The notes under the pieces: generated by a model
Database searches by the model: none
Told to the model about the DNA's origin: nothing
What the model saw: only the letters and a program-made list of their open reading frames with translations
Assembly (NCBI GenBank): GCA_963793305.1
Contig: CAWBZV010000014.1
Coordinates: 64,001 to 128,000, forward strand
Source: an uncultured Gemmatimonadales bacterium
GTDB taxonomy: Bacteria; Gemmatimonadota; Gemmatimonadetes; Gemmatimonadales; Gemmatimonadaceae
Direction: 5' to 3'
Length of the DNA stretch: 64,000 nt
Shown: piece by piece, positions 1 to 9,703 of the stretch
Layout of the letters: every line of letters starts with the position of its first letter
Position numbering within the stretch: the stretch's first letter is position 1
Position numbers and translations under genes: made by a program

Positions 1-1458
1 CGAGACGCGAGGGTGGTCGTATGTCGTGTCCGGCGAGCCGGCCCGAAGCAACCGCACACTGCCAGAGACCAGGTTGACGGACACGAGATCGCACGTGCCA
101 TCGTGGCATCGAACGGCGGCCGCGGTTCGTCCATCCAGAGCAGGATCCGCGTCGCGCACACCCGCGCCGTGCGTGACGCGATGCACGGTCCCTTGTCGCA
201 GCGACCACAGAAAGAGATCGCGTCGAAGCGCCCCGTCGGCACGAGGCTCCAGACGAGATACCAAGATCGACGGGACACTGTCATGGCCAATAAAACGCGG
301 CTCGTCGAATCCACGATTGTGGGCCGACGTGAGCTGTGCGATCGTGCGACGGTGGGGCGGACCAACGTCGATCGCCGGCACGTCTTTCGGATCGCGCTGG
401 AGCAACTCGCGGCGTTGGCGCGCGATCGCCGTGTCCGCGCCGGACCAGGGGGCGGTCGTTGAGACGACGATGCGCGTCGACTTCCCGCGCGCCCGGATCG
501 GGATTGCCAGCAGGCGCCCGTTCGCCGACACGGCGGGGGCGCCCGTGTACCAGGTGGTGCGTTCGACAGTCTCGCCCGTGTCGATGCCGGACGCGACCAG
601 CAGGGATTGCGCGGCGAGTGCCTTGCGGGTGAGCTCGACGGTGAAGCGGCCATAGAGCTCATCGCTCGAGGCGCCGAACACGCCCATGAATGCCTCGTCG
701 AACGTGCGCTCGCGGCGGGCGGTCATGCGGCGCCACAAGTGTGGGAGCGACGAGTCGCCGTGATTGGCAGACAACCATTCCAAGTACGCCGAACCAGCGA
801 GATACGCGAGCTCACCGCCCTCGAATCGTGGGGAGCCGTCGAGTGCGCCGTACGTCGGGAGATGCCCTTCGAGGGCGAGAACGCGGAGCACCGCCGCGCG
901 GGCCGCGCCGTGTGGCCGGCCGTCCCCGGTTAAGCGGCCCTCGACGAGCGTGGCGTATCCCTCGATCACCCAGCGTGGCGATTGTGCGGCAATCGGGCTG
1001 ATTTCGGCCGGTGCGAGCTGGGCGAGGAGCCGTTCCCACGGATTGCGCGACGGAATCGTCAGGTGCGCAATGTGCGTGTACTCGTGCGTGATCAGCGTCT
1101 GGCCCCAATCGCGATAGTTGCCGATGTCGTCCGAGGGCTCGGGCGCCGCGGCGAACAGCACGATCGTGGGCGCGTCGAGAAACGGGAGCGCGAATCCGTT
1201 GGCGCTGTTATAGGGGTCGTCAATCAAAATAGTGACGCGGTGTGTCGGGCCACCGCCGACGATGGAGTCGACCGACGCGCGAACGGATTCGAGCCGGCGA
1301 GCTATATCGAGAGACCACGCGCGGGTCGACGCGGGGAAGTCGACCGTGAAGTGCGGCGTGCGGACGGTTTCCCAGTGCTGAGCGGGACGCAAGACCGATT
1401 GGGCCGTGAGTGCGGCCGGAACGATCCATGACAACGTGGCGAGGGCCCGGTGCGACAT
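1..1458 (-). CDS. Secreted HEXXH (gluzincin-like) domain + TolB-like beta-propeller protein, runs off the left edge of the window
   Basis: Not in the ORF track because it has no stop in the window. Manual translation from ATG at 1458 gives MSHRALATLSWIVPAALTAQS (signal-peptide-like), then HWETVRTPHFTVDF, THEYAHIAHL, WVIEGYAT, and propeller-like segments (PAVSANGRLLA, DADPALDGRTAA). The frame is open to base 1. Confidence 0.75.
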   Translation of the reverse strand, partial: MSHRALATLSWIVPAALTAQSVLRPAQHWETVRTPHFTVDFPASTRAWSLDIARRLESVRASVDSIVGGGPTHRVTILIDDPYNSANGFALPFLDAPTIVLFAAAPEPSDDIGNYRDWGQTLITHEYTHIAHLTIPSRNPWERLLAQLAPAEISPIAAQSPRWVIEGYATLVEGRLTGDGRPHGAARAAVLRVLALEGHLPTYGALDGSPRFEGGELAYLAGSAYLEWLSANHGDSSLPHLWRRMTARRERTFDEAFMGVFGASSDELYGRFTVELTRKALAAQSLLVASGIDTGETVERTTWYTGAPAVSANGRLLAIPIRARGKSTRIVVSTTAPWSGADTAIARQRRELLQRDPKDVPAIDVGPPHRRTIAQLTSAHNRGFDEPRFIGHDSVPSILVSRLEPRADGALRRDLFLWSLRQGTVHRVTHGAGVRDADPALDGRTAAAVRCHDGTCDLVSVNLVSGSVRLLRAGSPDTTYDHPRVS

Positions 1459-1485
1459 CGGCACAAAACTAGTAGATCTGGGTCT

Positions 1486-2154
1486 ATGGTGATCGGCGTC
1501 GTCGGGGATTCCGGGTCCGGGAAGACCACGTTGTCCGCCGCCATCGCCGCCGAGATCGGGCATGCGCGCGTGACATTGATCTGTCTCGACGACTATCACC
1601 GATACGATCGCGCGGATCGCTCCCGCCTCGATCTCACCGCACTGACCCCCGAGTGCAATCGCCTTGATCTCATGGCCGAGCATCTCCAGGCGCTCAAACG
1701 GGGCTCGACCGTCGTCAAACCCGTGTATAACCACGAGCATGGCACGTTCGATCCCGACGAGCAGGTGACGCCGGGGGACATCGTGATCGCGCGTGGGTTG
1801 CTCGGTCTACATACGCCCGAGTTACGGGCCGCGTTTGATCTCACGGTATTCCTGGACCCGGACGCAGCGCTTCGCATTCGCTGGAAGATCGCGCGGGACA
1901 CCGCCAAGCGTGGTTACACGGCCGAGCAGGTTCTTCAGCATATCCGCCGGAGACAGACCGATTACGAGCGCTACATCGCGCCGCAGCGGTCCCATGCCAA
2001 TGTCGTGATCATGTACTCACCCGCCCCTGACGGAACGCTGACGCTCCGCACCGACGTGCGCACCAAACGTGACGTGTCAATTGTGCTGGCCGCGGCGGAA
2101 CGCGCGCGGTGTCAGGCGGGGACCGCGGCGTCTTTGCCTGTCGAAGCCCGGTAG
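1486..2154 (+). CDS. Phosphoribulokinase/uridine kinase family P-loop kinase (PRK-like, short)
   Basis: GDSGSGKTT Walker A, ICLDDYH, KPVYNHEHG and WKIARDTAKRGY resemble cyanobacterial/archaeal-type PRK. ATG at 1486 is preferred over 1450. Confidence 0.8.
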   Translation: MVIGVVGDSGSGKTTLSAAIAAEIGHARVTLICLDDYHRYDRADRSRLDLTALTPECNRLDLMAEHLQALKRGSTVVKPVYNHEHGTFDPDEQVTPGDIVIARGLLGLHTPELRAAFDLTVFLDPDAALRIRWKIARDTAKRGYTAEQVLQHIRRRQTDYERYIAPQRSHANVVIMYSPAPDGTLTLRTDVRTKRDVSIVLAAAERARCQAGTAASLPVEAR

Positions 2155-3129
2155 GCCATCGCCTTGAGCCGCGCGACGCGGATGGCCATCGGCGGATGCG
2201 TGGCGAGCAAGTCAGCGATCTTGCCTTCTTTGTTCGATACCGCGCGCCCGAGCGGATCGGCGATGCACAGGTGGGCTGCGCCGCCTTTGATCACGCTCGA
2301 CGGGATGTCGGCGTGATCGATTTTCTCCAGCGCTGACGCGAGCGCGGCCGGGTTGCGCGTATACTGCGCGCCCGAGGCGTCGGCGAGGTACTCGCGATCC
2401 CGGCTGACGGCCATCGCGAGGAGCCGCGTGACCAACGGCGCGAGCATCCAGCTGATGATCCAGATGACGAAGAGGACGGCGACGAGCGCGCCATTCGAGC
2501 CGCCCTCTTCGTCGCGATCTCGTCCGCTGGAGCCCCACGGCATGAAGCGCCAGGCGCCGTTCGCGATGAGCGCCACCACACCGACGAGTGCCGCCAGCGT
2601 CGTCATCAGTCGGACGTTCGAGATTCTTGACATGGCCCATCTCGTGGGCAATCACGCCTTGCAACTCATCGCGGTTGACCAGGCCGAGGAGGCCGGTGGT
2701 GACGGCGATGCTGGCGGTCTTCTCGTCGTGGCCGGTGGCGAATGCGTTCGGATCGGCATCGTCGATCACGTAGACCGCCGGCTTCGGTAGCCCCGAGGCG
2801 ATCGCCATCTCTTCGACGACATTGACGAGTTGCTTTTCTTCCGGCGTCGACGGGGTTTCGAGCTTCCGGGCGCCAGTGGACCAGAGGATGGCCGAGGGGC
2901 CGATCAGCCATGACCAGGCCGTCATCCCCATCGCCAACGCGATCATCGCCAGTCCGACGAACGGAAAGACGTGATGGTGCCCGGGCGGGGCGTTCTTGGT
3001 GGACAGGTACCAGATGAAATCGCCGCCGAAGCCGAGCCAGGCGAAGAACAGCACGAACAGGACTATGACCCACCGTGACTCGCGGCGGTTCTTCTCCTGC
3101 TGCGCGAAAAGGTTCGCCGACTCGGCCAC
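2112..3129 (-). CDS. htpX: HtpX-like M48 zinc metalloprotease (apparent +1 frameshift at ~2617)
   Basis: DPNAFATG and IAHEMGH lie in ORF 2212..3129, and REYLADA and THPP lie in ORF 2112..2651. Removing one base at 2613-2619 restores HVKNLDVRLMTT. Adjacent to lemA. Confidence 0.85.
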
Positions 3130-3144
3130 GTGCTAACCCCTTCC

Positions 3145-3744
3145 TTATTTCTGCGGCGGGGTCATCGAGAGATCGACGTTCACATTCTCGCGCTCGGCCG
3201 CGTCCGTGATTTCCCAGAGCTCGGCCGCCTTGGCGCCAGCCATCCCCGCGACGAGCGACGTCGGGAATTGTTGTTGCTTCGTGTTGTACTCGGTCGCCGT
3301 ATCATTGTAGAGCTGGCGGGCGAACGCGATCTTGTTCTCGGTCGAGGTGAGCTCTTCCTGCAGTTGGGCCACGTTGCCGGTGGCCTTCAAGTCAGGATAG
3401 GCTTCCACCACCGCGAAGAGTTTCGACAGGGCGCCCGAGAGCTGTCCCTCGGCGGCCGCCGTCTGCCCGACGCTGGGTCCGGTCGGCCCGCCGGCGCTCT
3501 GGACGGCGATCGCTTTGTTCCGGGCGCTGATCACGGCTTCCAGCGTGTCTTTCTCGAACTGCATCGCGCCTTTCACCGTGTTGACCAAGTTCGGGATCAG
3601 ATCGTGCCGCCGCTTGAGCTGCACGTCGATCTGTTTCCAGGCGTTTGCGACTTGGTTCTTGAGCGCAACGAGTCCGTTATACGCGCCGATGACCCAGAAG
3701 GCCAGTGCGGCAGCGACCACCACGAGCACGATCAGGGGTAGCAT
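3145..3744 (-). CDS. lemA: LemA family protein
   Basis: N-terminal TM, IDVQLKRRHDLIPNLV, EAYPDLKA, ENKIAFARQLYN. Confidence 0.93.
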   Translation of the reverse strand: MLPLIVLVVVAAALAFWVIGAYNGLVALKNQVANAWKQIDVQLKRRHDLIPNLVNTVKGAMQFEKDTLEAVISARNKAIAVQSAGGPTGPSVGQTAAAEGQLSGALSKLFAVVEAYPDLKATGNVAQLQEELTSTENKIAFARQLYNDTATEYNTKQQQFPTSLVAGMAGAKAAELWEITDAAERENVNVDLSMTPPQK

Positions 3745-3762
3745 CGAGAAACTCCCGGAGTG

Positions 3763-3927
3763 TCAGGTCCTCTTGCGCGTGATCTTATCGAGGACCTTCG
3801 TGATGGGCATGATGAAGAGAGGGGTCAGCAGGCCGCCGAGCAGTACGTTGACCCACGTGAGGGCGATGAAAAAGCAGCCAATGCCGATGCCGACCCACAG
3901 TGTTCCCAGGGGACCGTGATTCTCCAT
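3763..3927 (-). CDS. 54-aa small membrane protein (below ORF-track cutoff)
   Basis: ATG at 3927 to TGA at 3763: MENHGPLGTLWVGIGIGCFFIALTWVNVLLGGLLTPLFIMPITKVLDKITRKRT. Hydrophobic core with a basic tail, fills the lemA-tilS gap, and is preceded by a TAGACT -10-like box. Confidence 0.65.
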   Translation of the reverse strand: MENHGPLGTLWVGIGIGCFFIALTWVNVLLGGLLTPLFIMPITKVLDKITRKRT

Positions 3928-3941
3928 AGCTTAAAAGTCTA
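3927..3941. promoter_or_regulatory. Candidate bidirectional promoter with symmetric -10-like boxes
   Basis: + strand TAGCTT (3927-3932) lies 8 nt before tilS ATG 3941. - strand TAGACT (3941-3936) lies 8 nt before ATG 3927. Confidence 0.5.
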
Positions 3942-4846
3942 TGGTTGACGAGGCTGTCGCGAAAGCTCTCGCTGGAAAGCCCCGGGTCGTCCTCGCCGTG
4001 TCCGGTGGGACGGATTCTATGGCGTTGCTCGAGGCGGCCGCGCACACCGCCCGCGCTCGTATATCCGCGGTCGCGACGTTCGACCATGGCACGGGGGAGG
4101 CCGCACGCCGCGCGGCGGCGTTAGTAGCGGATCGCACACTCGCGCTCGGACTGAGGATCGTCACGGGGCAATCCGGGGCACCCGGTCGCACGGAGGCCGA
4201 GTGGCGTGCGGCACGGTGGAGCTTTCTGCGCGGCGTAGCCCGAGAGAGTCGAGCCACCGTTGTCACGGCACACACTCGAGATGATCAGGTCGAGACCGTC
4301 GTCATGCGGATCATGCGGGCGGCGGGCGCTCGGGGCCTGGCGGGTCTCTATGCTGATTCCGACGTGCTACGGCCACTGATCGACGTGCCGAGAAGCGAGA
4401 TCGCGACGTACATACGGGAACGCAATATTTCCGTAATCGACGATCCCTCGAACGCCTCGCCTCGGCATCTGCGTAACCGCGTTCGGTTGGATCTGCTCCC
4501 GGCGTTAAGGCGAGTACGACCGAAGGTCGACGAGGAGATCCTCGCGATTGCGCGAAGGGCGGCGGAGTGGCGGAGGGAAGTCGAGCGACTGGTGAAGGGG
4601 TTTTGCCCCGTCGACCGCATGGGCGACCACTTCGCCGTTGCGGTGGCAGATCTCGCGGGGTATGATGCCGCATCTCTCGCCATCATTTGGCCCGCGATCG
4701 CCGCGCGGGCGGGCGTAACGCTCGATTGGCGGGGAACCTCGCGCGTGGTCGCGTTTACGACCGGGGGACGGGTGGGCTCGTCAATACAGTTGTCCGGCGG
4801 CGTCGAGGTCGTGCGCACGCGAGCGCAGTTTGTCATCCGCCCCTGA
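3941..4846 (+). CDS. tilS: tRNA(Ile)-lysidine synthetase (short form)
   Basis: LAVSGGTDS PP-loop, AHTRDDQVET, DPSN, RNRVR. Sits in tilS-hpt-ftsH synteny. Confidence 0.9.
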   Translation: MVDEAVAKALAGKPRVVLAVSGGTDSMALLEAAAHTARARISAVATFDHGTGEAARRAAALVADRTLALGLRIVTGQSGAPGRTEAEWRAARWSFLRGVARESRATVVTAHTRDDQVETVVMRIMRAAGARGLAGLYADSDVLRPLIDVPRSEIATYIRERNISVIDDPSNASPRHLRNRVRLDLLPALRRVRPKVDEEILAIARRAAEWRREVERLVKGFCPVDRMGDHFAVAVADLAGYDAASLAIIWPAIAARAGVTLDWRGTSRVVAFTTGGRVGSSIQLSGGVEVVRTRAQFVIRP

Positions 4847-5375
4847 TCCGCGGCTCGGCGGGCGCTCTCTCGCCCGTATCGTGTACGACGAGACGACGAT
4901 CGCGCGGCGAGTCGGAGAACTCGGGGCCGAGATCACGGATTGGTATGCCGAGGGCGATCTGCTGATCTTGGGTGCGCTTAAGGGAAGCGTAATCTTCTTC
5001 AGCGATCTCATCAGGCGTATCGAACGCCCGCTCCAGGTCGACTTCGTGATCGCTTCCAGCTACGGGAGCGGCCGGGAATCAAGTGGAGCGGTTCATCTGG
5101 TGTATGACCCTGAAACCAGGCTTGAAGGGAAACACTTATTATTAGTAGAGGATATAGTCGATTCCGGTCGAACCTTGAACCGCCTCATGGGCGTGCTGCG
5201 CGAGCGGCGGCCCAGTTCGTTGGAGGTATGCGCCTTGCTCCATAAGCACATTGCCTCGGCGTTGCAGGAGCGGGTCAAGTTCGTCGGTTTTGACGCTCCA
5301 CACGACTTTCTGGTTGGGTACGGGCTGGATCATGCGGAGGATTTCCGCCACCTGCCCTATATCGCGAGCTTATAA
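4830..5375 (+). CDS. hpt: Hypoxanthine phosphoribosyltransferase
   Basis: LLVEDIVDSGRTL PRPP motif, FLVGYGLD. TTG start is uncertain. Confidence 0.93.
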   Translation: MSSAPDPRLGGRSLARIVYDETTIARRVGELGAEITDWYAEGDLLILGALKGSVIFFSDLIRRIERPLQVDFVIASSYGSGRESSGAVHLVYDPETRLEGKHLLLVEDIVDSGRTLNRLMGVLRERRPSSLEVCALLHKHIASALQERVKFVGFDAPHDFLVGYGLDHAEDFRHLPYIASL

Positions 5376-5377
5376 GC

Positions 5378-7372
5378 ATGCCTGTATTGCCTACGCCGCC
5401 GAACAACGGCAACAACAAGAAGAAAGTGAGCTGGGGAAGCATCTCCAAGACGCTCTCTTTTTGGATCCTGATCATCCTGATCCCGATCGTTTTCATTCAA
5501 TTTTCCAGCGCGCGGAATGACCCCGCGCCGCAGATCATATACTCGCAGTACGATCAACAACTGCAGGCCGACAACATCAAGTCGGTTGTCATCCAGGCCG
5601 GACGCATCACCGGCGAGTTCAAGAACAAAGTCGAGTTCCAGGGCCAAGAACGTTCAAAATTCACGGTCAAGCTTCCGGTCGAAAACTCGGACGAGGAACT
5701 GGACCGCCTGCGCTATCACAACGTGCAGATCGAGGCCAAGGGCGATAACCCGGGCATCGGTGTGTACGTGATGAACCTGCTACCCTATCTGTTCATCATT
5801 GGCCTGTGGGTGTTCTTATTCCGTCAGATGCAGGCGGGTGGCGCCAAGGCTTTCTCATTCGGGAAATCCAAGGCGAAGCTGCTGACGGGCGACACGCCCA
5901 AGGTCACCTTCGCGGACGTCGCTGGAGCTGACGAGGCCAAGGTTGAGCTCCAAGAAATCATAGAATTTCTGAAGGATCCGCAGAAATTCACGAAGCTCGG
6001 GGGCCGTCTCCCAAAGGGCGCTCTCCTCGTCGGTCCTCCAGGTACCGGCAAGACTCTGCTGGCCAAGGCGGTCGCTGGTGAGGCCGGAAGACCGTTCTTC
6101 TCGATGTCGGGCTCTGACTTCGTCGAGATGTTCGTTGGTGTCGGCGCGAGCCGCGTGAGAGATCTATTTGAGCAGGGCAAGGCTCACGCCCCCTGTATCA
6201 TCTTCATCGACGAAATCGACGCGGTCGGTCGCCATCGTGGAGCCGGCCTGGGTGGCGGTCACGATGAGCGCGAGCAGACGCTCAATCAGTTGCTCGTCGA
6301 GATGGATGGCTTTGAATCCAACGACGGCGTGATCCTGATCGCGGCGACAAACCGCCCCGACGTCCTCGACCCGGCCTTGCTACGTCCCGGCCGCTTCGAC
6401 CGTCAGATCGTTGTTGACGCCCCGGATCTCCGGGGCCGTGAGGGCATTCTGCGCGTGCATCTGCGCAACAAGCCAGTCGCGGACGACGTGAATGTCACCA
6501 CGCTTGCGCGGGGCACTCCCGGCATGGCCGGCGCGGATTTGGCGAACCTCGTGAACGAGGGCGCCCTGCTCGCGGCCAGGCGGAACCACGAGAAAGTGTT
6601 CATGGCCGATCTCGAGGAGGCCAAGGACAAGGTCATGCTCGGCGCCGAGCGCAAGAGCATGGTCATGAAGGACGAAGAGAAGCGGAATACCGCCTACCAT
6701 GAGGCGGGCCACGCCGTCTGCGCGATGACGGTCGACGGCAACGATCCGTTGCACAAGGTCACGATCGTGCCCCGCGGCCGTTCGCTCGGTCTCGCGTTCA
6801 CGCTGCCCGAGGATGACCGCGTGTCCGTCACGCGCCACCAGCTCGAAGCCCGGCTCGTGATGGCGTACGGTGGTCGCGTCGCCGAGGAGTTGATCTTCGG
6901 CCGGGATCGCGTGACGACCGGCGCGATGAGTGATATCCAGCAGGCCACGGGGATCGCGCGTCGCTACGTGTCCCAGTGGGGGCTCTCGGACGCGATTGGT
7001 CCGGTGCTCGTCGGCGACAACGAGCAAGAGGTCTTCTTGGGTCGCGAGCTGCAGCATCGCCGAGAGGTGTCCGAGAAGACTGCCCAGCTCGTGGACGCCG
7101 AGGTCGCGCGCGTGATCAACGAGGCGTACACTCGCGCGAAGGAGACGCTGACGACGCACAGGGACCTGTTGCACAAGGTCGCGGCGGCGTTGCTCGAGCG
7201 GGAGACGCTGACGAGAGATGACATCGGGTACCTGATGCGCGGCGAGGAATTGCCGCCGCGTCCGCCGGCGCTCCCAACGGTCCCACCCGCGCCGGTCGCG
7301 CCAATTCCAGTCGGCGAGCCCCGCCGGTCCGCGCCTCCGCTGCTCGGGGGTCCGGAGGTCGCGCCCGCCTGA
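5378..7372 (+). CDS. ftsH: ATP-dependent zinc metalloprotease FtsH
   Basis: Two TMs, [19 protein letters not shown] motif, HEAGH. Confidence 0.97.
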   Translation: MPVLPTPPNNGNNKKKVSWGSISKTLSFWILIILIPIVFIQFSSARNDPAPQIIYSQYDQQLQADNIKSVVIQAGRITGEFKNKVEFQGQERSKFTVKLPVENSDEELDRLRYHNVQIEAKGDNPGIGVYVMNLLPYLFIIGLWVFLFRQMQAGGAKAFSFGKSKAKLLTGDTPKVTFADVAGADEAKVELQEIIEFLKDPQKFTKLGGRLPKGALLVGPPGTGKTLLAKAVAGEAGRPFFSMSGSDFVEMFVGVGASRVRDLFEQGKAHAPCIIFIDEIDAVGRHRGAGLGGGHDEREQTLNQLLVEMDGFESNDGVILIAATNRPDVLDPALLRPGRFDRQIVVDAPDLRGREGILRVHLRNKPVADDVNVTTLARGTPGMAGADLANLVNEGALLAARRNHEKVFMADLEEAKDKVMLGAERKSMVMKDEEKRNTAYHEAGHAVCAMTVDGNDPLHKVTIVPRGRSLGLAFTLPEDDRVSVTRHQLEARLVMAYGGRVAEELIFGRDRVTTGAMSDIQQATGIARRYVSQWGLSDAIGPVLVGDNEQEVFLGRELQHRREVSEKTAQLVDAEVARVINEAYTRAKETLTTHRDLLHKVAAALLERETLTRDDIGYLMRGEELPPRPPALPTVPPAPVAPIPVGEPRRSAPPLLGGPEVAPA

Positions 7373-8217
7373 TCTGGCGCATCCGAGGCGGAGATATCGC
7401 CCTCGACCGACCGATCGTGGTCGGCATTGTAAACGTCACCCCCGACAGCTTCAGCGACGGGGGTGACTTTTTTTCGCCCGACGCGGCCGTGGCGCACGGC
7501 AGGCAGCTCGTCGCCGACGGCGCCGACATCCTGGACATCGGTGGCGAGTCAACGCGGCCGAACGCCTCCCCTGTCTTGATCTCCGAGGAGATCCGACGGG
7601 TTGTTCCCGTTGTGCGCGCGCTTCGCGCTGCGCTCCCAGATACGCCGGTGTCTATCGACACGGTCAAAGCGCCCGTCGCCGAGGCAGCGATCGCGACTGG
7701 CGCGGTCATCGTGAACGACGTGTCGGGACTCCGGCTTGATCCCGATATGGGTCCGCTGTGCGCATCGTCCGGTGTTGGTGTCGTGCTCATGCACTCCCGT
7801 GGCGCCGTCACGGACATGGCCACCTATACGCATGCGCAGTACACCGAAGTCACTCGCGAAGTCGTCGCCGAGTTGCGTTCGCGCGTCAGCGCGGCGCGTG
7901 ATGCTGGGATAGACGACCGCTCGGTTGTCCTCGACCCGGGGATCGGTTTCTCGAAGCGCACCGAACACTCCATTCGGCTGCTGGCCAACCTGCCCGAGAT
8001 CGTAGCGCTGGGACTGCCAGTTCTGGTGGGCGTATCGCGAAAGCGATTTATCGGAGAGATTACCGGCGTGACGACCACCGCGGATCGCGAAGAGGGCACG
8101 ATGGCCGCCAATGTGGTGGCGCTGACGTTGGGCGCTCGACTGTTCCGCGTGCACGATGTCCGTGCGGCCAGACGATCGCTCGACGTGGCGTGGGAGATCA
8201 TGAGGCGGATGCGCTAG
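7369..8217 (+). CDS. folP: Dihydropteroate synthase
   Basis: GIVNVTPDSFSDGG, DIGGESTRP, DPGIGF, GVSRK, RVHDV. The start is probably CTG 7369 (see findings); the alternative is GTG 7417. Confidence 0.93.
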   Translation: MIWRIRGGDIALDRPIVVGIVNVTPDSFSDGGDFFSPDAAVAHGRQLVADGADILDIGGESTRPNASPVLISEEIRRVVPVVRALRAALPDTPVSIDTVKAPVAEAAIATGAVIVNDVSGLRLDPDMGPLCASSGVGVVLMHSRGAVTDMATYTHAQYTEVTREVVAELRSRVSAARDAGIDDRSVVLDPGIGFSKRTEHSIRLLANLPEIVALGLPVLVGVSRKRFIGEITGVTTTADREEGTMAANVVALTLGARLFRVHDVRAARRSLDVAWEIMRRMR

Positions 8218-9008
8218 TGGATTTCCTGGATCAGTTCCGCGGACTCACGTTCGGATGGCGCGATGCGCTCGAGATCGCATTCGTCGCGTACCTTCTCTAC
8301 CGCGGGCTGCTCCTCGTGCGCGGCACGCGAGCCGTGCAGATCCTGAGCGGGATCGTCGTGCTCGTCGTCGTGTATGCGGTCGCCGTCGTGCTCAAGCTGT
8401 CGATGATCACGTACCTGCTCGGCCTCCTCTTCACCTACGGCGTGTTTGCCGGAATCGTGATCTTCCAGCCCGAGGTCCGGCAGGCGTTGGCCCACCTCGG
8501 CTCCTCACGCGTGACGCGGCTCCTGAGGGGGATGGCCGAGTCGGAGGTCGCCGATGCGATCAGCGATGCGCTGGAGCGCCTCAGCCGGTCGGGCATTGGC
8601 GCGATCATCGCGGTCGAGCGGGAGAGCCCACTCGGGGAATACATCCAGTCGGGGACGGAGCTGAACGCGAAGGTATCCTCTGACCTGTTGGCGACGATCT
8701 TTACGCCGTACTCGCCGTTGCACGACGGCGCCGTGATCATTCGCGGCGATACGATCATCGGCGCAGGTTGCATCCTCCCGCTGTCCCAGGCGCCGATCTC
8801 GGATCGGTCCCTCGGCACCCGGCACCGGGCGGCGCTGGGTCTGGCCGAGGAGACGGACGCCTATGTGTTCGTGGTGTCGGAGGAGACAGCGGTGATCTCG
8901 ATGGCCTGTGACGGTCGCTTGACCCGTTCCTTGTCGCCTATCCAGGCCCGGGACCAACTGTCCGGGCGCAGGACCCGGGCCGGCAGCGAGCAGGCGGCGT
9001 TGCCGTGA
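8217..9008 (+). CDS. cdaA: Diadenylate cyclase CdaA/DacA
   Basis: N-terminal TM helices, IFQPEVR, and catalytic LHDGA and GTRHRAA motifs. Confidence 0.9.
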   Translation: MDFLDQFRGLTFGWRDALEIAFVAYLLYRGLLLVRGTRAVQILSGIVVLVVVYAVAVVLKLSMITYLLGLLFTYGVFAGIVIFQPEVRQALAHLGSSRVTRLLRGMAESEVADAISDALERLSRSGIGAIIAVERESPLGEYIQSGTELNAKVSSDLLATIFTPYSPLHDGAVIIRGDTIIGAGCILPLSQAPISDRSLGTRHRAALGLAEETDAYVFVVSEETAVISMACDGRLTRSLSPIQARDQLSGRRTRAGSEQAALP

Positions 9009-9009
9009 C

Positions 9010-9038
9010 TTGCGGCAAGCGCTAACTCCCGATATTTT
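9010..9038 (+). promoter_or_regulatory. Sigma70-like promoter for the yggS-divIVA operon
   Basis: TTGCGG (9010-9015)-N17-TATTTT (9033-9038), 8 nt before ATG 9047. Confidence 0.55.
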
Positions 9039-9046
9039 CACATGTT

Positions 9047-9703
9047 ATGCCGTTTCCTGACTTGGCGGAACGCGTAGCCCAAGTCCGGCGGCGTGTGGGC
9101 GAGGACGTCACGATCATCGCGGTAACGAAGACGTACGGCCCGGACGCCGTCGAGGCGGCGTGGCGTTCGGGCTTGCGAGACGTCGGAGAGAATCGGGTGC
9201 AGGAAGCGGTCGCGAAGATGGCGGCAACCCAGGTACCCGTGCGCTGGCATCTGATCGGGCACGTGCAACGGAACAAGGTGAAGGAAGTCGACGGCTTCGC
9301 GCTCGTGCACTCGGTCGATAGTGCGCGGCTCGCCGATGCGTTGGACGAGCTCGGGGTCGCGCGCGGGCGGGCGGTCGACGTGCTCTTGCAGGTGAATACA
9401 TCGGGCGAACTGTCGAAGTACGGTTGGGCGCCCGAGGCCTTGCGGGCGGAAGCCGAACGGCTCGTGGAGCGTCCTGGTGTGCGGGTGCGGGGTATCATGA
9501 CGATGGCGCCGCTCGATGCGCCTGCCGACGTGTTGCGCGCGACCTTTCGTGGCGCGCGGGAGGCGTTGGCGGTCGTGCGCGACGCTGGGCATCCGGCAAC
9601 GGAACTGTCGATGGGAATGTCGAACGACTTCGAGATCGCGATCGAGGAAGGCGCGACGATGGTGCGATTGGGAACGATTCTCTTTGGAGCGCGCGCACAG
9701 TGA
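9047..9703 (+). CDS. yggS: YggS/PLPBP pyridoxal phosphate homeostasis protein
   Basis: IAVTKT, GENRVQE, WHLIGHVQRNK, LSMGMSNDFEIAIEEGAT. Confidence 0.93.
   Translation: MPFPDLAERVAQVRRRVGEDVTIIAVTKTYGPDAVEAAWRSGLRDVGENRVQEAVAKMAATQVPVRWHLIGHVQRNKVKEVDGFALVHSVDSARLADALDELGVARGRAVDVLLQVNTSGELSKYGWAPEALRAEAERLVERPGVRVRGIMTMAPLDAPADVLRATFRGAREALAVVRDAGHPATELSMGMSNDFEIAIEEGATMVRLGTILFGARAQ

Noticed and set aside
1486..2154. Evidence for a Calvin cycle
   Set aside because: No RuBisCO or other cbb genes in the window, and the kinase is atypical.
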